Assembly: GCF_018350175.1 (NCBI RefSeq)
Contig: NC_058369.1
Span: 10,232,001 to 10,296,000, forward strand
Source of the DNA: Felis catus
Taxonomy: Eukaryota
DNA length: 64,000 nt
Direction of reading: 5' to 3'
Position 1 is the first letter of the stretch; the number at the start of each line of letters is the position of its first letter. Under the pieces are notes generated by a model that worked only from the letters and a program-made list of their open reading frames with translations, was not told the origin of the DNA and made no database searches. A program made the position numbers and the translations under genes. Shown one piece after another: positions 51,001 to 59,095 of this stretch.

Positions 51001-51939
51001 CCCCTGTTTCCACTGTGACTACCTTGATCAGCAGCTTCTTTGTTTCCATGAAGACCGTGAAGGCCGTGGGCCCTGCTGCTCAGCAGTGGCTCTGGGTGTT
51101 CCCCTTCAAGCTGGGGAAGGCTGCAGCCTGACCCCCGCCCCTCTTTCAGGGTGGCCTGTGGCCCCATCCTTGGTCCTGCCCCCTCCCCCAACCCCCATGC
51201 CCTGACCTCGTGGTGCCACGAGTTGCTGTGGGCCGGATCCTGGAATCTCAGGCGCCTGGGTGAGAATTCCTCCCGGGCTAGTGGAACTGTCATCGCAGAG
51301 CCGTGCTCCCGTGTCCCAGGCCAGGGTGTCCGCCCCGTCCTTGTCCTCTGTATCCATGGTGCCGGAGCCTGCTGTGCCACACCCCCTAGCTATGGTCAGC
51401 GGCTGGGACCTCCGGCCAGTGACCCCCCTCCCAGCCCTTCACCTGCCTCCAGCTCCCTTAGGAGGGCTGACCTCTCCTCCCTTCCCCAGGCCTGTCTTCT
51501 CCCCAGGGATGGGGCCTCGGCCTGCTGCCTACCCTTCTGTGCTCAGGAACCCTGCCTAAGGGCTGTGCTTGGCAGCTGCCTGCACCGTCTGACCTGGCGT
51601 AGGCCTACGCTGGGTCCCCACCCTAGGCTGGCATCAGGCCTGGGCAGGCGACACACACACAGAGGGAGAGAGAGAGAGAGAGAGAGAAAGACAGGGCATG
51701 GGAGGTATGCTCAGCACAGAGCAGGGGCTGGGGTCGCAGCAGGGTGGGAAGGGGTGCAGTGGGTGGGTAAGCTGAGGGACTGAAGAATGGGAAACATAGG
51801 ACCATGTCCCCTCTGTTTAGGCCCTCAGTGTTGGGAGGTGGATGGGGGTGGGGTACCCTTGCTGCTCCCTGCCCTGGGGCATTTTGTTTTGATGGGTAAT
51901 TGGGGCCTGCTTCTTAGCGCATCCCCTCCCCCCCTTAAA

Positions 51940-52229
51940 AATAATTTATTGAAGTGCAGTTCGCATAAAATGAACCATTAAAAATGAATAGTGCAGTGGC
52001 ATTTGGTAGAGTCACAGTGTTGTCTGTCCCACTGCAGCCACCACCTCGTTTTAGTTTTAGAATGTTTCCGTCACCCCTAAAAGATACCAGGTTCCCATCA
52101 GGCAACATTCCCCATCCCCCCTCCGCAGCCCCCTGGCAACCCAGTCGTTCTGGCTCTTTGGGTTTGCCGATTCTGAACACTGTACATAATATGGTGAGTC
52201 TTTGTGTCTGGCCTCTTTTACTTAGCATT

Positions 52230-52306
<77 letters not shown>

Positions 52307-52340
52307 TTTCTTTCTTTCTTTCTCTTTCTTTCTTTCTTTT

Positions 52341-52399
<59 letters not shown>

Positions 52400-52410
52400 G
52401 CCACCTAGCA
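51940..52410 (-). mobile_element. L1 3' fragment interrupted by a long (TTTC)n tract
   Basis: tttattgaagt...gtggcattt...tgtgtctggcctcttttacttagcat. Confidence 0.65.
52228..52398. repeat. (TTTC)n microsatellite, ~170 bp
   Basis: Direct reading. Confidence 0.95.
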
Positions 52411-54784
52411 TAAACTTTTATTTCACTTTTCAGTTTGCAGTAATTATAAAATCGTACGGAGAGGTCCTGGGTCCTACATTCCCCTCACTCCTCAGGGCCT
52501 CTGAGCCCTCTCTCAGCATGAAAGCTGCTGGGTCCTGGGATGAGGGGGTGAGAAGTGGGAAATGACCGGCCCAGCCCCAGATCCAGCCGCAGCAGCCCTG
52601 AGCTGAGGCAACCCCCACCCCGGTGGGCTGGGCCCCAGGGTGCTGCCCGGAGGGCCAGGCTTACCTCTGTGAGGGCGCGGGCTCCCGTCCTCCAGCTTGG
52701 GACTGACCCTGGCGCGGCCGCTGGGAGTGTGCCCCTCGCCCGGCCACCCCTCCTGCCACCCAGCTTCCTCTCCGGCAGCCAGTCGGGGCCCCCGACTCTC
52801 CCCGGACCCTGGTCTGGTGCCCAGGCTGGGGGAGAGGGGTAGGATTTCAGCCCTCCCCCAGCAGCTGGCCGGCAGGGAGAGGGGCTGCTTATATTTTAAG
52901 CTGTTGAGTGGCTCAGCAGGAACTTGGAGGCCTCCTCTCCCAGTGGGCCTGGTGCTGCCTTCCTGCCCCACACGGGCTCTGAAGGCATGTGGGCACCGCC
53001 CTGCTGGGACCCAGGAACTATTAATATACCTGCAGCCACAGGGCAGGCCCTATGCCTGCCCACGGCCCTGCTATTCTAGCCCTTTCTGGCACGTTCCAAG
53101 TGTGCCCCTTCCCTCTCCCACAAGTCCCCTGGGTGGGACCAGACACCCTGGGCGGTATGACCAGCTTCTTTTCTGGCCCCATCTGTTCGGCCCGTGGCTC
53201 AGAGGGGCTCGGCAGGCTGTCCCCCAAGGCCACACGGCCGGCAGTCCCCAGCAGGCTCACTCCAGTGCGGCACCAACAGGCAGCATGGGCCAGGGCTTCT
53301 GGGTGCTGGGCCCTCTCGTGTCCCTGATGGGGGGCGGGCGTAGCATACGTGGGCAAACAGGCCTGCAGGCCGCCAGGATCTGCACCCAGGCCTGTGCCCT
53401 TCCTACCGGGCCTCCTCACGCCCAGCCTCGTGGCCCCAGGTTTTGGGGCACTTCCTGTCAGGCCCCATGCTGGTGCTCCACTCACATTGTCTCATGACCC
53501 CTTATAACCCCTTGAGGCCCACGCCTTCCTACCTGCCTCCTGGACGAGGCTCGGAGAGAAGTGAGGGGCTGGTCACGGGCGACCTCGTGGCATGGCCAGA
53601 CTCAGTCCCCACATCTTCCGTGTTGTCGGGGGATGTGTGAGGGGATCCCTTTCCCTCTAGGGGATGGGTGCTGGTTGCGGTGGACCATCTGCCGGGCTGT
53701 GGGTGGCCGGCCTTGCCCTCAGAGAGCCCTGGCTGGGGCCCTGCCCTGGGGTTTCTTGACCGGCTCCTTTCTCCACACTGCCTCTGACCGAGGTCCGCCA
53801 GGGGTGGGAAGGATTCTCAGCGCCTGCTTTGCTAGCGGCTGACCTGAGGTCAGACCTAGGCCTTCTTGCCACGACCCACGTCAGTAGCATCTGTGCCAAG
53901 CCCCCCATGGGAGCACCTGGGCCTTTGGGGATCCGCCGGCCACTGCTGGGCCTCCCTCCAGCTTCAGCAGTTCACATGCTCACGGCCCCTCCCGGCGCCT
54001 TCTCTGACCTGCTTGGGATGGGTGGGCCAGACCCCCACCCCCACCCCCCGGGGGGCTCTCTCCCTCCCAACTCTGCCCACTGCTCTGCCACTGTCTGGGG
54101 GCGGCTCTGGGAGAAGGGTGGGGTTGGGGGTGGCCAGGCTTTGGGCTTTGTGGGCTCAGGGCCTAGGCAAGGGCACTTTGTTGGGCACTGACGTGGTGGG
54201 AAGACTGCCCCAGAGGTGGCCTTGGACAGGCCCGGGTGAACCTAGTGAGAAATGAGTGGAGAAGGGAGGTCAGGGAGGCAGGGGCTGGGGCCAGGGCCTC
54301 ATCCATCCAGGCTGGGGATGCTAGCTGGAAACTTCTCCGTTTCCTGACCCTTTCCACACTTAGAGAGAGGCTCTCTGCACCAATAACTTCGGAATCTGTC
54401 ACCTCCCTGGGAACACAAATGCACAAGGAAAATAATCCGCAGTGTCTCTTACAGCTCAGAAGGGGAAGTGGATGATCTGTCTCTGGGATTCTCAAAATAG
54501 CTGGGATTTCTCCAAGCCCCGTGAGCCCTTGAGCCCTGCGGGCCTGAGGCAGCCGAGGCTTGGGCCGCCCTCGGCCTCTCTCGCCCTCCTCCCGAGGCCC
54601 GCCCCGCCCTGCACTGGGCCAGGCGGGAGGTGCCTCCCTGCTTGCCTCCGAGGGTCTCCCTGCCCCCAGTGCTGTCCAGGCGCTGTGTCCACTCAAAAGC
54701 CTCAGTTTTGGGGGACCCAGCCCCCGGGGGTCGCCCCCAGGAGGTCTGTGGCATGGCTCCTGGGGGGCTCGGTCTGGGGCAGTT

Positions 54785-54794
54785 TTATATTTAG
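54785..54794 (+). promoter_or_regulatory. MEF2-consensus / TATA-like element TTATATTTAG
   Basis: Exact match to YTA(W)4TAR in a GC-rich context, ~200 bp upstream of ATG 54996. Confidence 0.55.
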
Positions 54795-54995
54795 CTGGGC
54801 CGTGGCTGTGGGGCACTCGGGTTACATCTGCACAGAAGGTGGCGGTGCCAGGGCAGGCGCGGGCTCCTCTCCAGCACCGCGGCAGAATTTGATCGCGCCC
54901 GCCCGGCCCAGAGCCGCTCCGCCTGGGGAGGTCCGAGGTGGGGGCTGACGGCCGGCAGCCGGGGCCGCTGGCCGCAGCGGGCAGAGCAGGGCAGC

Positions 54996-55184
54996 ATGGA
55001 CCTGAACATGGGCATGGTGGCCCGGGAGGCCGGCCCGGGCCCGGGCCCCGGCCTCGGCCTTGGCCTCAACGGCCTCCCCCGAATCGCCCCCGCCAAGACC
55101 AAAAAACCTAAAAAGGCCGTCCTCTTTTTCGAGGTGGAGATTCTGGACGCGAAGACGCGAGAGAAGCTGTGCTTCCTGGACAAG
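54996..55184 (+). CDS. TECR: Putative alternative TECR first coding exon (46-aa N-terminal extension plus exon 2), predicting a 349-aa isoform
   Basis: agcATGg start, open and in frame with exon 2: MDLNMGMVAREAGPGPGPGLGLGLNGLPRIAPAKTKKPKKAVLFFE-VEILDAK. Confidence 0.65.
55134..55184 (+). CDS. TECR: TECR exon 2 (VEILDAKTREKLCFLDK)
   Basis: cctctttttcgag|GTG acceptor; AAG|gtacga donor; 51 nt. Confidence 0.95.
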
Positions 55185-55811
55185 GTACGACCGTGGCGTC
55201 GGCGGCCCTGGGCCAAGGACACGGAGTCTGGGCCTGTTACTTCCTGGGGCTCCTGGTTCTGAGGAGGCGGACTCCTTGCGTCCCCCCAACCTGTGTCCTG
55301 ACACCCCACCTACTCCTCGGGCGGATGGGGGGTACCGTCCCCGGGCCTGCCCCTGCCGGCATGGGGTGGGGTGGGCAGCGCTGGCCCTTGGGTGTGGCCA
55401 GGAGCCGGCCCCCTGGTGGGAGGAGGTGAGGCAACCTCTGTGGACCCTGCAGGGCTTTGGGGCCTGGGAAGAAGGTGGGGGTTCTGAGAGCTGCCCCCTG
55501 CAGATGCCAGGCAGGGGGGAAGGGGCTCCCGCCCCAGTGAGTTCTGGCTCTGACCGAGGGCCGTCACTGCGGGCAGCTGTGTGGGGGTGAGCACAGGCAG
55601 GGAAGCAGGCCCAGCTTCGCAGGCTCATACCGTCTCCACTCTGGGGGGGCCGTTGCTGTGCTGTTCAGCCATGTAGGTAGGGGGGCCCGAACTCCGGCCT
55701 TCCCCCTCCCATAGCAGCGGCCCAGGCCCCCTGTCCGACCCCCCTCACCAGGAGGGGGCCCTGACCAGGCTCCCCTACCCCCGACTTCTTTGCGGCCTCT
55801 GCTTCCCCTAG

Positions 55812-55863
55812 GTGGAGCCCCATGCCACCATTGCCGAGATCAAGAACCTCTTCACCAAGACCC
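55812..55863 (+). CDS. TECR: TECR exon 3 (VEPHATIAEIKNLFTKT)
   Basis: cctag| acceptor, |gtaagt donor; 52 nt. Confidence 0.96.
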
Positions 55864-56197
55864 GTAAGTCCAGGGCCCAGCTGTGCCACCCCTGTGACCT
55901 CTGGGCAGGGGCCTCTGGGTGGGACCCTGTCCTGTACACCTGTCCTCCCAGGTCCTGCAGAGATGCCCCCAGTGTGGCCCAGGCTTCTCTTGGCTTGCCT
56001 GGGACAGATGTCCCTGCGTGGCCTTCAGCAGGAATGTCGTTGCCGGGCCTTCGGAAGGATAACATCCCTCTCCTGCCTGGGTTGTTCCCGGCTGGGTCCT
56101 AGCTCGGGCCTCAGAGGCCTTGTCCTGGGGCTGGAGGAGGCGTGGGGTCCCTGGGCTCCACCGTGCTGTGCGCTGTGATGCCCTGCTCTCCCCGCAG

Positions 56198-56242
56198 ATC
56201 CACAGTGGTACCCTGCCCGCCAGTCCCTCCGCCTGGACCCCA
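56198..56242 (+). CDS. TECR: TECR exon 4 (HPQWYPARQSLRLDP)
   Basis: ccgcag| acceptor, |gtgagt donor; 45 nt. Confidence 0.96.
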
Positions 56243-56337
56243 GTGAGTACAGCTGTCTGCTCGGCCGCCCCTAGGCTTCTGGGTGGCAGTGGGCGAAGTC
56301 CTGGGCAGCTCTGAGCCCCGGCCTGGTCTCTCTGCAG

Positions 56338-56441
56338 AGGGCAAGTCCCTGAAGGATGAGGACGTCCTGCAGAAGCTGCCTGTGGGCACCACGGCCACAC
56401 TCTACTTCCGGGACCTGGGGGCCCAGATCAGCTGGGTGACG
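56338..56441 (+). CDS. TECR: TECR exon 5 (KGKSLKDEDV...AQISWVT)
   Basis: ctgcag| acceptor, |gtgagc donor; 104 nt. Confidence 0.96.
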
Positions 56442-56518
56442 GTGAGCCGCAGCCCGGTCCGTGGCCTCCTTTCCCAGCAGCCACACTGGGGTGACTCACC
56501 TGCTCCCCGTACCCCCAG

Positions 56519-56634
56519 GTCTTCCTGACCGAGTATGCGGGGCCCCTTTTCATCTACCTGCTCTTCTACTTCCGGGTGCCCTTCATCTACGGCCACAAGT
56601 ATGACTTCACGTCCAGCCGGCACACGGTGGTGCA
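56519..56634 (+). CDS. TECR: TECR exon 6 ([10 protein letters not shown]...SRHTVV)
   Basis: cccag| acceptor, |gtgagt donor; 116 nt. Confidence 0.96.
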
Positions 56635-56724
56635 GTGAGTGGGGCCAGGGGGAGGGGCGGTGGGGGGGGGGGAGGCCTGCTGGACCTGCCCCAGCTGAGC
56701 CTGCCCCCGCCCCTCCCCCCCCAG

Positions 56725-56830
56725 CCTCGCCTGCATCTGCCACTCATTCCACTACATCAAGCGTCTGCTGGAGACGCTCTTCGTGCACCGCTTCTCCCAC
56801 GGCACCATGCCCCTGCGCAACATCTTCAAG
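56725..56830 (+). CDS. TECR: TECR exon 7 ([35 protein letters not shown])
   Basis: cccag| acceptor, |gtgagc donor; 106 nt. Confidence 0.96.
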
Positions 56831-56972
56831 GTGAGCGCCCCGGGGTGTGTCCAGCCAGACGCTGGCCCCACCCACCTGGACCCCACCCACCTGGACCCCT
56901 GTGCCCAGACCCCGCCCGTCCCTGGCCCCACCCACTGCCCGCCCGACTCACCGCAGCCCCGCTCCCTTTCAG

Positions 56973-57045
56973 AACTGCACCTACTACTGGGGCTTCGCCG
57001 CTTGGATGGCCTATTACATTAACCACCCTCTCTACACACCCCCCA
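56973..57045 (+). CDS. TECR: TECR exon 8 ([24 protein letters not shown])
   Basis: tttcag| acceptor, |gtaagt donor; 73 nt. Confidence 0.96.
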
Positions 57046-57069
57046 GTAAGTGGCCTTGGACCCTGCCCC

Positions 57070-57104
<35 letters not shown>

Positions 57105-57143
57105 GTTCTCCCCTCACAGGCCACCCCTCTGCTTCCTCTTCAG

Positions 57144-57187
57144 CCTATGGAGCTCAGCAGGTGAAACTGGCCCTCGCCATCTTCGTG
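57144..57187 (+). CDS. TECR: TECR exon 9 ([15 protein letters not shown])
   Basis: cttcag| acceptor, |gtaagc donor; 44 nt. Confidence 0.96.
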
Positions 57188-57260
57188 GTAAGCAGGCTGG
57201 GGGGGAGGGGTCTGGGGTGGGGAGTCTGGGGGCTCCCGGCTGACCCTGCTGCTCTGACAG

Positions 57261-57318
57261 ATCTGCCAGCTTGGCAACTTTTCCATCCACATGGCCCTGC
57301 GGGACCTGCGGCCAGCTG
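57261..57318 (+). CDS. TECR: TECR exon 10 (ICQLGNFSIHMALRDLRPA)
   Basis: tgacag| acceptor, |gtgagt donor; 58 nt. Confidence 0.96.
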
Positions 57319-57400
57319 GTGAGTGGCCTGCCCCAGGCGAGGGGGTGGGGGTCGGGCCGGGTGAGGGGGTCTCACTTGCCCCTCCTGTCCTGCCCTGCAG

Positions 57401-57489
57401 GGTCCAAGACCAGGAAGATCCCATACCCCACCAAGAACCCCTTCACCTGGCTCTTCCTGCTGGTGTCCTGCCCCAACTATACGTACGAG
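57401..57489 (+). CDS. TECR: TECR exon 11 (GSKTRKIPYP...SCPNYTYE)
   Basis: ctgcag| acceptor, |gtgcgg donor; 89 nt. Confidence 0.96.
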
Positions 57490-57832
57490 GTGCGGCTCTG
57501 CCCCGCTCTCCTCCCCTCTCCCTCCTGGGGCTGGGGTCCCACACGGAGGGACCAGCCCCTGATAGGGGTCCCTGGCTCACCAGCTGCCTTGGCAGTTTGT
57601 AGCATCTGGAGACGGAAAAGCTGGCCTTTCTGGGAGTTGGGAGGTGTGCAAGGCCAGGCTCGCAGCCACAAGGAAGCGGGGGGCGCCTTCATCAGGTCAT
57701 CCTGTCTACTCGAGGCCTCTCTGGCATGGGCATTTGGACAGTAAGGGTTGGGGGGAGGTGGGCGAGGCCTCCGTGGAGCGGCCGGCACTGCCCTGTCCTG
57801 CCCACCCTGACCCCTGACCCCTCTCCCCACAG

Positions 57833-57878
57833 GTGGGATCCTGGATTGGCTTTGCCATCATGACACAGTGTCTCCCAG
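57833..57878 (+). CDS. TECR: TECR exon 12 (VGSWIGFAIMTQCLP)
   Basis: ccacag| acceptor, |gtgaac donor; 46 nt. Confidence 0.96.
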
Positions 57879-57966
57879 GTGAACCCGCTGCTCCTCCCTC
57901 CGTGCCCCACCCCCCCCTCCGGCCCGGGCTCTGCGGCCCCCCTGACGCCCCCGCTCTGCCCCACAG

Positions 57967-58094
57967 TGGCCCTCTTCTCCCTGGTGGGCTTCACTCAGAT
58001 GACCATCTGGGCCAAGGGCAAGCACCGCAGCTACCTGAAGGAGTTCCGGGACTACCCGCCTCTGCGCATGCCCATCATCCCCTTCCTGCTCTGA
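57967..58094 (+). CDS. TECR: TECR exon 13 (VALFSLVGFTQM...IIPFLL*)
   Basis: ccacag| acceptor; TGA at 58092-58094. Confidence 0.96.
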
Positions 58095-58191
58095 GCCGCT
58101 GCCGGCTCCCAGGCTCCACCAAGCCAGGCTCTTCCTCTGTCCCAGCAGCATTCCGGGGGAGGAGGGGGGGCCACCACTGTCCGGCGCTTGG

Positions 58192-58197
58192 AATAAA
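58192..58197 (+). terminator. TECR: TECR polyadenylation signal AATAAA
   Basis: ~100 nt after the stop; GT/T-rich gtgtttcttttg element follows. Confidence 0.85.
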
Positions 58198-58327
58198 ACC
58201 TGCCTGCCCCTGCCAGACTTGGGCTCAGGCTCCGCGTGTTTCTTTTGGGGGAGGGGGGTGAGGGCGGGGTTGGGGAGCCAGCACACCACAGGAGGAGGCA
58301 GGGTTCCGGCTGAGGGGCCCGGAGGCT

Positions 58328-58333
58328 TTTATT
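58328..58333 (-). terminator. NDUFB7: NDUFB7 polyadenylation signal AATAAA
   Basis: tttatt on the plus strand, ~34 nt after the stop. Confidence 0.85.
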
Positions 58334-58366
58334 TGTCGACTGGTCCACAGGGTGGGGGCGGGCCCG

Positions 58367-58499
58367 CTACAGGGCTACCTCGGGGGCCACCTCGCCGGGC
58401 CCCTGGCCTTGGGCCACGTCTGCCGCCCGCTGCTCCCGCCGCTTCTTCCGCTGGAGCAGCCTCCGTTCCCGCTCAAACTCCTTCATGCGCATCACGTAG
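58367..58499 (-). CDS. NDUFB7: NDUFB7 exon 3 ([21 protein letters not shown]...PEVAL*)
   Basis: ctcgcag| acceptor; TAG at 58369-58367; 133 nt. Confidence 0.95.
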
Positions 58500-58926
58500 C
58501 TGCGAGCAGAGCACGTGAACGGGTGTCAGGGCCCCTGGCCAGGTCCTCCCAAGCCCCAGGAAGTGGAAGGGCCCGGAATGGGCGTCCACGGCTTTCTGGG
58601 AGGCCTCTGAGTGGGAAAGACCTACCGGCGTGTGGCTGCTTTAAGTCTGGGGTCTGCCGAGCAGGTGCCGGCTGGTTGACAGCGAGCCCTGGGGCGGAAG
58701 CTGGGCCTCCCACCAGGAAGCCTGGCCTGGCCATTCCTCCAGGTGGCCTCGAGACCACCCGTCCACCCAGCAGGCCCCTCGAGAGTCCTCCTTCCACCAA
58801 GGTGGGGCCGGGCCAGGCTGGGGCGTGGGCCGGGGTTGAGGCCAGGGCTGGGGCGCAGGGTTGAGGTCAGGCCAGGGGCTGGGGCTGGGGCTGGGGCTGG
58901 GGCCAGGGTTGGGGCCGGGGGCTCAC

Positions 58927-59095
58927 TCGAGGTGCTCGCAGTGGTCCCAGGCGTGCTGCTCGTGCTTGCAGGCCAGGAAGTTGGGGAAGCTGTCACGCTT
59001 GCACTTGAGCAGCCGGATGAGGTAGTGGGCGCAGTAGTCTCGCTGCTGGAGCGCCAGCTGCGCGTCATTCATCTGCTGCTGTGTGGCCACCATCT
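58927..59095 (-). CDS. NDUFB7: NDUFB7 exon 2 with twin CX9C motifs
   Basis: [14 protein letters not shown]...[12 protein letters not shown]...[14 protein letters not shown]; cttgcag| acceptor, GA|gtgag donor; 169 nt. Confidence 0.96.

Larger units (their letters stand above)
33732..58197 (+). other. TECR: TECR gene span; 13 coding exons total 927 nt, 308 aa (very-long-chain trans-2,3-enoyl-CoA reductase)
   Basis: Spliced translation MKHYEVEILDAKTREKL...PPLRMPIIPFLL; all phases consistent. Confidence 0.96.

Noticed and set aside
51935..51944. Exact MEF2 consensus TTAAAAATAA
   Set aside because: Sits at the AT-rich tail of an L1 fragment, where such matches are common.
51935..52565. KERK/FLSF-repeat ORFs
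   Set aside because: Translations of the (TTTC)n microsatellite.
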